A stretch of DNA of 64,000 nt from Gammaproteobacteria bacterium (GTDB lineage: Bacteria > Pseudomonadota > Gammaproteobacteria > Eutrophobiales > Eutrophobiaceae). Below the pieces are notes generated by a model, which saw only the letters and a program-made list of their open reading frames with translations, was not told where the DNA came from and made no database searches. The position numbers were made by a program, and so were the translations under genes. The stretch is taken from the NCBI GenBank assembly GCA_965205405.1, contig OZ242169.1, positions 2,480,091 to 2,544,090 on the forward strand, written 5' to 3'. This document shows positions 40,380 through 49,711 of the stretch, in pieces. Every line of letters begins with the position of its first letter. Position 1 is the first letter of the stretch.

Positions 40380-43130
40380 ATGGTTACATTGAAGAATGAA
40401 ATTGACCTTGATGGTCTCTATCAGATTTCAACCGATCTGAACACCACTCCTTTTACCAACAGTAAGTACCACCCGCCAAGTCAGAAGGTCCATCTGATAG
40501 AGCGGGTGGCCCTTAACCAGATTCTCAAAGAAATACAAAGCAGGAAGTTGATTGTTTTACAGGCGCCCGCCGGTTACGGTAAGAGTACCTTATTATCGCA
40601 GTGGCACACGAAACTGATTTCGGATAATTTCAGGGTAGGCTGGTTGTCTCTGGATGATGATGACAATAATACCCTCACTTTATTGAGTTATTTACTGGGT
40701 ATTATTTCATCCATGGGAGCCCCGTCCGATCCGGAAGAAATTACCAGTGGTAAAACTATCCATGAACTGTCAACTCGTGACCTGTTTGTCCTGCTGATTC
40801 ATGAAATTGAAAAATTTAATGAATCGGTTTTCCTCATTCTGGATAATTTTGAGATGCTGGATAAAGAGGTCGTTAATGCAGTAATCAGGCCGTTATTACA
40901 ATTTACACCTGATCATTTCCATTTAATCATCGCATCTCGATTTCAGCCGGACCTGGAGCTGTCACGTTTACGTACACAGGGGCTGCTCCACCAGATTAAA
41001 GCAACTGATTTGCGATTTAGCCTGTACGAAATCGAGGAATTTTTTCAGGGTAAATTATCAAAATACGAAGAAAGGACTATTGCGGAACGAACCCAGTGCT
41101 GGCCTGTCGCTGTTCAGTTGGCGCGGTTCTGGCGTGATAGTGACGGAGGTGGCATTCTGAAAAAATTTTCCGGCGTTCCCGAAGAAATCGCCGAGTATTT
41201 ATCTGAGCAGGTACTGTTACAGCTACCTGAGCCGGTGCAGGAATTTTTATTGGAGACGTCTGTACTGAACGTTCTGACTGAAGTGGATATAAAAGGAATA
41301 TTTATTGAACGGGATTATTGGTCAATGCTGGGTGATTTGATCTCCCTTGAGCCTTTTTTATATCTCCATGACACTGACCCCAAGAGTTATCACTTGAATC
41401 CGATTTTCCGTGATTATTTACGTATGGAATTCAATGAAAGGAGCCCGGAAAAAAAACAGGCCGTCCATCATTCAGCTGCTATGTGGTTTGCGGCAAATAA
41501 TCAACTCTCGACGGCTGTCCGCCACGCAAAAGAGTCCCATGATAAGGAACTGGCCGGTCGAATCGTACAGGATGCGGGCGGATTGAGTATATGGATCAGT
41601 CAAGGGCTGTTACTTATAACTACCGTGCACCGTCTTCTTGATGAGAAGGTAATTGAAGATTTTCCCAGGTTGAAGTTGTTACGATCATTGATATTGCTGA
41701 AAGAGGGAAAGTTAATTGAAGCCAGACGTTTATATGAACAGGTCAGGAAGGAGAGCAACCATTTTTCAACGGATAAAAAAAGCCAGGATATCAGTGCACT
41801 CAAATTAGATGCCCTGGTTGTTGACTCAACTCTGCTGGTTAACGAATGCAGGCTTGCCACGGCTGATTATGTTTCTGATTATGAAGCGGTAGTTTCGGAT
41901 ATGGCAACTAAAGATGAACTTTTACATGGTAATCTCATAACTCTACTGTGTCTGTCACATCATCAGCGGGGCGAGTTTGCGAAAGGTTTGGATTATGCGG
42001 ATAGAGCTATTGCCGTCTATGGAAGCAATGGCATAGTTCATGGGCAAATATATAATTATTTACATAAGGGAGTGATTCAGTTCGCCCAGGGTAATTCAAG
42101 GAAAACGCTTCATTGTTATAAACAGGCCCTTTCGATTGCCCGTACATATTACGGTACCGATAAAAGCAAGATTGCGGTTACTTTCCCATTGATAGCAGAA
42201 GTGAATTATGAATTGAACAACCTGGATACGGCCGGTTCGCACTTACACAACATTATTAAAAAATTACATGCAACCGAAGGTTGGTTTGATATTTATGCGG
42301 CGGGTTATATCACTACAGCACAATTAATCCTGAATGATGCCGGTCTGGATGCGGCAATGGAGTTTCTGGATAGCGTGGAAAGTGAGATTGAAGCATGCGG
42401 CATAGTTGGGCTGGTAAAGATAATCCTGGCTACACGAATAAGCCTGTTATCCCGTCATGGATTATTCAGTGAAGCTGAATACATTCTTAGATACTCAAAT
42501 CTGACAATTGACGCTTATATCAGGCCCGACCCTGATGTAACGACATGGCGAGAGCGGGAAGCCGTTATCAAGGCAATCGCTGAATTATCTATTCCACGCG
42601 GTAAAAATCACAAACTATTTCAGGATCTATTGCAGATATCCAATAACTTGCTGGCTACCATGCATATTCGCAGTTTTATTCATATTGGCATACTCACTGC
42701 GCTGGCTGGCATGTCATTGGGCGAGAAAGAACAAACATGGAAATTATTGTTGCAGGTTATGGATAAATCCCTCCATTCGGGATTTATCCGGTTTTTTATC
42801 GATAGAGGAGACCCGGCAAAACAAATGCTTGAAATGTTTGAAAAAGAATGCGGCCCTGTAATATCCGGGCGGACAGCAGAGCATTGTCATGACATTATTG
42901 AGCAGTTTGACATCTCCAGGCAGGAAAAACAGAATTTTTCATTGACAAAGCGCGAAGCCGAGTTGCTCGTGGAACTGAAAAGCGGGAAACCGGATAAACT
43001 TATTGCCAGATCGCTCAGAGTCAGCCCTAATACAGTCAGATATCATTTAAAAAAATTATACAGGAAACTCGGTGCTGTCAATCGAACTGAAGCAGTTCAT
43101 ATCGCGCGGGAATCTTCCCTGATTGAATAG
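40380..43130 (+). CDS. Large ATP-binding LuxR-family (LAL / MalT-like) transcriptional regulator
   Basis: 916 aa. N-terminal P-loop NTPase (VLQAPAGYGKSTLLSQW). Long helical (TPR-like) middle region. C-terminal LuxR/GerE HTH (LTKREAELLVELKSGKPDKLIARSLRVSPNTVRYHLKKLYRKLG). Confidence 0.8.
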   Translation: MVTLKNEIDLDGLYQISTDLNTTPFTNSKYHPPSQKVHLIERVALNQILKEIQSRKLIVLQAPAGYGKSTLLSQWHTKLISDNFRVGWLSLDDDDNNTLTLLSYLLGIISSMGAPSDPEEITSGKTIHELSTRDLFVLLIHEIEKFNESVFLILDNFEMLDKEVVNAVIRPLLQFTPDHFHLIIASRFQPDLELSRLRTQGLLHQIKATDLRFSLYEIEEFFQGKLSKYEERTIAERTQCWPVAVQLARFWRDSDGGGILKKFSGVPEEIAEYLSEQVLLQLPEPVQEFLLETSVLNVLTEVDIKGIFIERDYWSMLGDLISLEPFLYLHDTDPKSYHLNPIFRDYLRMEFNERSPEKKQAVHHSAAMWFAANNQLSTAVRHAKESHDKELAGRIVQDAGGLSIWISQGLLLITTVHRLLDEKVIEDFPRLKLLRSLILLKEGKLIEARRLYEQVRKESNHFSTDKKSQDISALKLDALVVDSTLLVNECRLATADYVSDYEAVVSDMATKDELLHGNLITLLCLSHHQRGEFAKGLDYADRAIAVYGSNGIVHGQIYNYLHKGVIQFAQGNSRKTLHCYKQALSIARTYYGTDKSKIAVTFPLIAEVNYELNNLDTAGSHLHNIIKKLHATEGWFDIYAAGYITTAQLILNDAGLDAAMEFLDSVESEIEACGIVGLVKIILATRISLLSRHGLFSEAEYILRYSNLTIDAYIRPDPDVTTWREREAVIKAIAELSIPRGKNHKLFQDLLQISNNLLATMHIRSFIHIGILTALAGMSLGEKEQTWKLLLQVMDKSLHSGFIRFFIDRGDPAKQMLEMFEKECGPVISGRTAEHCHDIIEQFDISRQEKQNFSLTKREAELLVELKSGKPDKLIARSLRVSPNTVRYHLKKLYRKLGAVNRTEAVHIARESSLIE

Positions 43131-43310
43131 CGTCATGCTTTTCGTCCGGCGCCGATTCCCCCGGGACCGATGTCTGTTTCGCCTTGCCCCCGGAGGTTTA
43201 TATACCTACTGATTCAGGTAGTCTTTTCTTAAAATAGAAACTCACCCCCTACTCAAGAAACTTCCAAACTACTTTTTGCAGTAATTCAACAGGGGTCGTT
43301 CATCCCGTAT

Positions 43311-43330
43311 CCTTTTATCTAGATAAAAGG
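43311..43330. promoter_or_regulatory. Perfect 20-bp palindrome CCTTTTATCTAGATAAAAGG about 70 bp upstream of the hydantoinase-like gene; candidate operator
   Basis: Exact dyad symmetry seen in the sequence, in the LuxR-regulator / hydantoinase-like intergenic region. Confidence 0.45.
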
Positions 43331-43401
43331 TTTCTTTATGAAGCCGCACGGTTACCTGAGAAGAAGAACCGGAAGATGCGATATTGAAGCGGAGTAAATA
43401 A

Positions 43402-44964
43402 ATGCGACTTGGTGTGGATGTCGGAGGTACAAATACTGATGCCGTCTTGATGGATGGCGCACTGGTACAAAGCTGGCATAAAAGTTTCACTACGGAAGAC
43501 ATCAGCACGGGGATATTTTCGGCCATCAGGAGTGTTCTGACAAAAGCCGATATATCCGCCGATAGCATCGAAGGTGTGATGATCGGGACAACTCATTTTG
43601 CCAACGCAATCATAGCGCGGGAGGGATTGGAAAATGTCGGCATCATCAGGATTGCGTTGCCTGCTACTCGTGGTTTACCGCCACTGACTGATTGGCCCGA
43701 TGATTTGAAAGTGCTTGTAGGCGGCCATGCCTATCTGATCCGGGGAGGCTATCAATTTGATGGGCGCTTGAATAGCAAGCTTGACGAAGCCGGGTTGTGT
43801 GATGCCGTTCATGACATTAAAAAGCGAAGGTTGAGATCAGTGGCAATATCTTCACTATTCTCTCCTGTTAACAGTGATATGGAGTTTCGTGCTGAGGCAA
43901 TAATAAAAAATGAGTTGCCTGACGTATCAGTCACTTTGTCTCATCGAATCGGCAGACTTGGTCTGCTTGAACGTGAAAACGCAACCATCATGAATGCCAG
44001 CCTGACGGGTCTCTCCCGGAAAGTGGTCAATTCAATTCGAACAGCCTTGCTTGATCTGAATATTACCGCCCCATTTTACATAAGCCAGAACGACGGCACT
44101 TTAATGGACGCGGAGGCTGTGGAGAAATATCCGGTACTAACCATCTTATCCGGCCCGACTAACAGTATGCGCGGCGCGGCATATTTGTCGGGCCAGAAAA
44201 ATGCAGTAGTAGCGGATATCGGTGGGACCACCACTGAAATAGGCATGCTGGTAAATGGATTCCCCAGGGAATCTTCGTTAACCGTCGATGTGGGCAAGGT
44301 ACGCACCAACTTTCGTATGCCGGATATTCTTGTACTCGGGTTGGGCGGCGGCAGCCTGGTCAGAAACACCATGCCTGTTAGGGTAGGTCCGGATTCTGTC
44401 GGTTATCGGATAACCAGAGACGCCCTTGTCTTCGGTGGTAATGAATTGACTGCAACTGATATAGCAGTCGCAGCCGGCCATACATTAATCGGTAATCCCG
44501 AATATGTTTCAGGACTGGAAAAAGGGTTTGTCAATGCAGCCATAAAGGAAATAAGACTTGTGGTCGAAACCGGTATTGACAGGATCAAAACATCTCCCGA
44601 ACCAATTCCACTGGTATTGGTAGGAGGAGGTTCTGTTTTGGCGCCGCGCAAGTTATCAGGAGTATCTGAAATTATTATTCCTGAGCATGCGCCCGTTGCC
44701 AATGCGGTTGGAGCGTCAATTGCGCAAATTGGTGGAGAGATAGAGCACGTCTATCTTTACTCACAGCTTGGCCGCGAAGAAGCCTTATCACAAGCGCGTT
44801 CAGGTGCGATTCAAAATGCAATAAGCATGGGAGCGGACCCTTCAACTACAAACGTTGTGGACTTGGAAGAAATACCGCTTGCCTATGTGCCCGGAGGCGC
44901 TGTCAAGGTACGCGCGAAAGCGACCGGGATACTTAATCTGGTAAATCCTGATAGACCAGTATAA
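43402..44964 (+). CDS. Hydantoinase-A/oxoprolinase-family (ASKHA-fold) protein, HyuA-like, 520 aa
   Basis: N-terminal MRLGVDVGGTNTDAVLMDG, typical of the Hydant_A_N domain. Size and Gly-rich motifs (GGGS, GPTNS) fit the short HyuA-like proteins that pair with DUF917. Confidence 0.65.
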   Translation: MRLGVDVGGTNTDAVLMDGALVQSWHKSFTTEDISTGIFSAIRSVLTKADISADSIEGVMIGTTHFANAIIAREGLENVGIIRIALPATRGLPPLTDWPDDLKVLVGGHAYLIRGGYQFDGRLNSKLDEAGLCDAVHDIKKRRLRSVAISSLFSPVNSDMEFRAEAIIKNELPDVSVTLSHRIGRLGLLERENATIMNASLTGLSRKVVNSIRTALLDLNITAPFYISQNDGTLMDAEAVEKYPVLTILSGPTNSMRGAAYLSGQKNAVVADIGGTTTEIGMLVNGFPRESSLTVDVGKVRTNFRMPDILVLGLGGGSLVRNTMPVRVGPDSVGYRITRDALVFGGNELTATDIAVAAGHTLIGNPEYVSGLEKGFVNAAIKEIRLVVETGIDRIKTSPEPIPLVLVGGGSVLAPRKLSGVSEIIIPEHAPVANAVGASIAQIGGEIEHVYLYSQLGREEALSQARSGAIQNAISMGADPSTTNVVDLEEIPLAYVPGGAVKVRAKATGILNLVNPDRPV

Positions 44965-44982
44965 ACACTTAGGAGATGTGAA

Positions 44983-47094
44983 ATGAAGATGACTAAGATA
45001 ATTCAACCTTTAAGCACTCTGTTGATTTCTTCAGTTCTGTTTACTGCTTCACTCGGGACTCAGTATTTATTTGCGGCTGATGGCGTTGATGTAACTGCCC
45101 TGGAAGAAATAGTGGTAATAGCACGTAAACGGCAAGAAAACCTGCAGGAGGTCCCGGAAGCTATAACGGCCTTCAGCGAACGCAGGCTGGAACTGGCCAA
45201 AGTAGAGAATTTACGTGATTTCGTAGACCTGACGCCGAACCTGATGATACGTGAAACTTTCCGCTCAAATGAGAGTTTTCTTACCCTGCGCGGTCTGTCA
45301 AGTGCGCAGGGAGGGTTACCACCGGTGAGTTTTATTGTGGATGGTGTGCAGTTGGGTTCCAATGATTTTATAAACCAGGATATTCTGGACGTGGAACGGA
45401 TTGAGATACTGAGAGGCCCACAAGGCGCGCTTTATGGACAAGGCGCGATAGCAGGCGCTATTGTAGTAACGACAAAAGCGCCGAGTAACGACCCAGAATT
45501 CCATATAAAGGGCTCCTATGGCAAGGGTGACAGCTATCGGGTGGCAGTTTCCGGGTCTGCGCCGATTGTCGATGACCAACTGTTTTTGCGTATCTCGGGC
45601 TATTACCGTGACAGCGATGGCCTCATCGATAACATACGCGGTGAAGATATAGATTTCAGCGAGGAAGGTTCCATCCGAGCGCGTCTGCAATATGAAGGAG
45701 ACAACCTGCGCGCCAGTCTGCGCGGGTCCTATACGGAAGGTGATGGGAATTGTTGTATGCAGGACCGCTTGCCCAGAGACGCCAACCGACAGATTTCGGC
45801 GGGCGTGGATATTGACGATGTGGATAACCCTGGACCAAGTAGTGATCTTTTAGGCACCAGTGGTACCAGTTTTCGTGATGTATCACTGAAGCTGGATTAC
45901 GATCTGGCCAATTTCACCTTTACCTCCATAACGGGTTACGCGGAAGTGCGCCAGTCTGTTTTTGGGGATGCCGATTTTGCGCCGGTACCATTTGTCAAAC
46001 AGGATCTGGGTTTCAATACTGACGTATTCAATCAGGAAATACGCCTGGCATCGAGTGATGACAGCCGTTTACAATGGATTGTTGGCGGGTTTTACCAGGA
46101 CCGCCAGGAAAGACAACCGGTTTTTGTCGGGGCGGTGACACCGGGGGCCGGCCTGCCTGTTCCGGATGTCATTTTAGATCTTGATAACGAAATCAACAGT
46201 GAATCATGGGCAATCTTTGGACAGGTAAGCTATTACCTTACCGATAAACTGGAGGGTTTGTTTGCCTTACGCTATGACGAAGATGATCAGGATACGGTTG
46301 ATAAAAATAATCCACCCACGTTCAAGGAAGCCTCATTTGATGAATTGCAACCGAAAGCGCAATTATCCTACCGCTGGACCGATGACGTACTGACTTTCTT
46401 CAGTTATTCAACCGGGTTCAGAACAGGGGGGTTTACGCAAAACAGCAAGTTTGGTAACGAAACGACGGATAATTTCGAGCTTGGCTTCAAGGGAACCTTC
46501 CTGGATAGACGTCTGATCGTAAATGCCTCTGTATTTCACGTTGATTATGCCAATCAACAATTATCGTTTGTTGTGTTCGACAATAATATAGCCCGGCGAG
46601 GGGTAGTGAATATACCTGCAACTGATATTGATGGTCTGGAACTGGAAATTCAGGCATTACCGTTTGATGGCCTGAATGTATCTATTGGTGTCGGAATTTC
46701 CGATTCGGTCATAAAAGAGATCACCTCGTTGGATGCTGCGCTCGGTGACGTTTCTGGCGCATCTGGTAATCGGTCACCTTTTGTTCCATCTTTCACCTTT
46801 AATGGGTCCCTGACATATACGTATCCGATATATGACCAAATTGAACTGGTGCTTCACACCGACTACCGGCGCAGGGGTAATTACTACAGCGACCTCAATA
46901 ATGAGATTCAAACTGCTACCAGGGATTTCATCGATGGAAGAATAGCGCTGGAGGCCCGAAATTGGTCTTTGGCGTTATGGGGCAGGAATTTGACCGACAG
47001 CCGGCATGCCACGCGCGTATCAGCGACGGGCTCTGCGTTGCGCAACCAGAACCAGCCACGGTCTTACGGGGTTGAACTCAGTTACCGTTTTTGA
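44983..47094 (+). CDS. TonB-dependent receptor
   Basis: 703 aa. Signal peptide, plug (EEIVVIARKRQENLQEVPEAITA), C-terminal ...ELSYRF. Confidence 0.85.
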   Translation: MKMTKIIQPLSTLLISSVLFTASLGTQYLFAADGVDVTALEEIVVIARKRQENLQEVPEAITAFSERRLELAKVENLRDFVDLTPNLMIRETFRSNESFLTLRGLSSAQGGLPPVSFIVDGVQLGSNDFINQDILDVERIEILRGPQGALYGQGAIAGAIVVTTKAPSNDPEFHIKGSYGKGDSYRVAVSGSAPIVDDQLFLRISGYYRDSDGLIDNIRGEDIDFSEEGSIRARLQYEGDNLRASLRGSYTEGDGNCCMQDRLPRDANRQISAGVDIDDVDNPGPSSDLLGTSGTSFRDVSLKLDYDLANFTFTSITGYAEVRQSVFGDADFAPVPFVKQDLGFNTDVFNQEIRLASSDDSRLQWIVGGFYQDRQERQPVFVGAVTPGAGLPVPDVILDLDNEINSESWAIFGQVSYYLTDKLEGLFALRYDEDDQDTVDKNNPPTFKEASFDELQPKAQLSYRWTDDVLTFFSYSTGFRTGGFTQNSKFGNETTDNFELGFKGTFLDRRLIVNASVFHVDYANQQLSFVVFDNNIARRGVVNIPATDIDGLELEIQALPFDGLNVSIGVGISDSVIKEITSLDAALGDVSGASGNRSPFVPSFTFNGSLTYTYPIYDQIELVLHTDYRRRGNYYSDLNNEIQTATRDFIDGRIALEARNWSLALWGRNLTDSRHATRVSATGSALRNQNQPRSYGVELSYRF

Positions 47095-47116
47095 TATGAC
47101 TCTTCCGTTGTTTTGT

Positions 47117-47148
47117 GGGCTGATCCTCCTGGATCAGCTTTCTTTTTA
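47117..47148 (+). terminator. Rho-independent terminator after the TonB-dependent receptor gene
   Basis: GCTGATCC-TCCT-GGATCAGC is a perfect 8-bp stem, followed by TTTCTTTTTAT. Confidence 0.7.
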
Positions 47149-47266
47149 TGTTTTATTTATGAAAGTTATTACGCTTTGCGATCCGGTTATCGCCCGTTTG
47201 GCAATCGGTAATTTGAGTTACCCTATTATTCGGATGCCAATTTAATAAATACAGAACAATAGTCAA

Positions 47267-48562
47267 ATGTCCCGTTTGCGAACATTGACACAGGACTACA
47301 ACAGGGTACCGGTTCCTGATGAAAAGACTGTGAGCGCCTGGCACATCGCCTTGATTAAAATAGGTATTGTCATTGCTCTTCCCGCTTTTTTTACTGGCGC
47401 TGAAATCGGGGTAGCTATGGGCCTGGTGGATGCTTGTCTGGTCATAATCGCAGCTGCGCTTATCCTGGCGTTGCTTGCTGCGTTGACCGGTACAGTAGGA
47501 GCGAGTTCACGTTTGTCAACATCAATGATTCTACAATTTTCCTTCGGAATACATGGCGCAAAATTCGTTAATTTCATACTTGCCACTACTTTGCTGGGTT
47601 GGTTTGGAGTGACAACCGCCTTATTCGGGCATACATTAAATGATCTTGTCATTTCCACTTTAGATATCCGGTTAGTACCGACGTTATATATGTTTCTGGG
47701 CGGATTATTGATGATTGTGACGACAGTTTTCGGTTTCAAAGCCCTGCAAAAACTCTCCAATTTTGTGGTTCCGTTATTACTCATCGGAATTGTTGTCGTG
47801 TCTTATATATCCACTCAACAAGGTGAATTCTATCCACTGATGTTAACAACCGGTGATGGCAGTTTATCTATCGGCCTTGGTATCTCAGCATTGGTAGGAG
47901 GAATGGTAGTAGGGGTCACTATTTTTCCTGATCTGACCCGTTATGCCCGTAGTTCTGTTCACGGGCGAGCCGCAGCAGGATTAAGTTATGGATTAGGGGT
48001 TCCTTTTGTACTCATCACGGTTGCTATCCCGAGTATTGTCACAGGCGAAAAGGATCTATTGCTGATCATGCTGTCTTTGGGCTTGGGGATTACCTCATTA
48101 TTGGTGCTTATCATCACTGCGTGGACAACCAATGCAGGCAATTTATATTCGTCTTCTCTGGTTTTGGCAACGATATTCCAGGCAGTAGAAAAATGGAAAA
48201 TCTGTATTGCGGCGGGACTGATCGGAACTGTCTTTGCCGTATCAGGTATCACTGAATATTTTCTATCTTTCCTGATCCTGCTCGGGGTCTGTATTCCGCC
48301 CATAGTAGGGATTTATTTGGCCGATTTTTATTTCATCAGGAATAAACAGTATGATTTATTGAAACTGAAACAGGTCCCGGCTATCAATATTGAGGCATTT
48401 ATCGCCTGGTTACTTGGTATCAGCGTTGCGTCAATGACCTCAAGGGATATTATTTCTCTCACGACAATTCCTTCCTGCGACGCAGTTTTGACAGCTTTTT
48501 CTGTCTATATCCTGCAAAAAAAATTTTCTTTCGGGAGCCCGTGGCGCCTTTACAGGAAGTAA
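47267..48562 (+). CDS. NCS1-family nucleobase-type permease, CodB (cytosine permease)-like
   Basis: 431 aa, about 12 TM segments. Colinear resemblance to CodB (SFGIHGAKF ... LLGWFGVTTALFG). Confidence 0.75.
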   Translation: MSRLRTLTQDYNRVPVPDEKTVSAWHIALIKIGIVIALPAFFTGAEIGVAMGLVDACLVIIAAALILALLAALTGTVGASSRLSTSMILQFSFGIHGAKFVNFILATTLLGWFGVTTALFGHTLNDLVISTLDIRLVPTLYMFLGGLLMIVTTVFGFKALQKLSNFVVPLLLIGIVVVSYISTQQGEFYPLMLTTGDGSLSIGLGISALVGGMVVGVTIFPDLTRYARSSVHGRAAAGLSYGLGVPFVLITVAIPSIVTGEKDLLLIMLSLGLGITSLLVLIITAWTTNAGNLYSSSLVLATIFQAVEKWKICIAAGLIGTVFAVSGITEYFLSFLILLGVCIPPIVGIYLADFYFIRNKQYDLLKLKQVPAINIEAFIAWLLGISVASMTSRDIISLTTIPSCDAVLTAFSVYILQKKFSFGSPWRLYRK

Positions 48563-48592
48563 TATCTGGTGTGATTTATTTATAACAAGTAT

Positions 48593-49681
48593 TTGAATAT
48601 TGTGAAGATTTCATCTGAAGATGTTGAAGATATTGCACTCGGCGCATCATTGCTCGGTACGGGTGGCGGGGGTGACCCCTATATAGGACGCCTGATAACC
48701 CAGTCAGCCCTGTCAGAATACGGCCCTCCAACAGTTTTAGACATGGATGAGCTGGATGATGATGCTGTAGTTTATTCGATAGCAGGTTATGGCGCCCCTA
48801 CGGTCCAGATAGAAAAGCTGATTAATGGTGATGAAGTTGAATTCGCATTAACTAAACTCGAAGATTTCACAGGACATAAAGCCGATGCTTTATTCCCTGC
48901 TGAAATCGGCGGTGGCAATTCACTACTTCCTGTCATGCTGGCGGCTCGTCGCGGGATTTCTGTAATCAACGGTGACGGTATGGGCCGCGCTTTTCCTGAA
49001 TTACAGATGAACTGCTTGAGTATAATGGGAATCAAAGCCACACCCCTGGTCGTAGTCGATGAGCATCTGAATTACGTAATTATTGAAGCCGGCGATGATA
49101 AAATCGCTGAAGATTTAACCCGTTCCCTGGCCATAAGAATGGGGTTACGAGTGTTTATTGCGTGTTTTCCTATGACAGGGCGGGATGTAAAGAAAGCTGC
49201 AATACCCGGGACATTGGGGATAGCGCTTGAGATTGGCCGCACTCTCCGGGAAGGACGCAGAACAGGTGATGTAATAACCCGTCTGTTTAATTATCTTACC
49301 TCATCGAATTATTACAACAAACCCCAGGTACTTTTTATCGGCAAAATAGTGGATGTGTATCGGGAAACTTCCCAGGGTTTTTCCAGTGGTTCATGTAAAT
49401 TAGTGGATTTAAATGACACTGGCAGGACTGCAGTCATTCGCTTCCAGAATGAAAATCTGGTAGTGAAAGTTGCTGACAAGACCGCGGCCATTGTTCCCGA
49501 TCTGATTTGTATTTTAGACAGTGAGACCGGGGAACCAATCTTGACGCCTAACCTCAGATATGGGCAGAGAGTCATAGTGATTGGGCTGAATGCGCCACCT
49601 CAGCTGCGTACTTCAGATGCGTTGTCGATATTCGGTCCGCAGTGTTTCGGAATTGACGAACCGTTTATACCGTTACCTTAA
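48593..49681 (+). CDS. DUF917-family protein (Pfam PF06032-type; usual partner of HyuA-like hydantoinase-family proteins)
   Basis: 362 aa. TTG/GTG start region. N-terminus ...SSEDVEDIALGASLLGTGGGGDPYIGRL, characteristic of DUF917. Confidence 0.65.
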   Translation: MNIVKISSEDVEDIALGASLLGTGGGGDPYIGRLITQSALSEYGPPTVLDMDELDDDAVVYSIAGYGAPTVQIEKLINGDEVEFALTKLEDFTGHKADALFPAEIGGGNSLLPVMLAARRGISVINGDGMGRAFPELQMNCLSIMGIKATPLVVVDEHLNYVIIEAGDDKIAEDLTRSLAIRMGLRVFIACFPMTGRDVKKAAIPGTLGIALEIGRTLREGRRTGDVITRLFNYLTSSNYYNKPQVLFIGKIVDVYRETSQGFSSGSCKLVDLNDTGRTAVIRFQNENLVVKVADKTAAIVPDLICILDSETGEPILTPNLRYGQRVIVIGLNAPPQLRTSDALSIFGPQCFGIDEPFIPLP

Positions 49682-49711
49682 ACCGGTTCTTTCATTTATT
49701 CTTTACCCGTT

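Noticed and set aside
39800-40380. Possible cobalamin riboswitch or structured leader upstream of the large TonB-dependent receptor (36884-39799, minus strand), because BtuB-type receptors often carry one
   Set aside because: Reading the minus-strand leader I could not find the B12-box (GCCACTG ... AGNCNGGAAGNCC-like) or the conserved paired elements. GC-rich stretches there look unstructured. The short ORFs in the track (39810-40094, 40037-40270) are intergenic noise.
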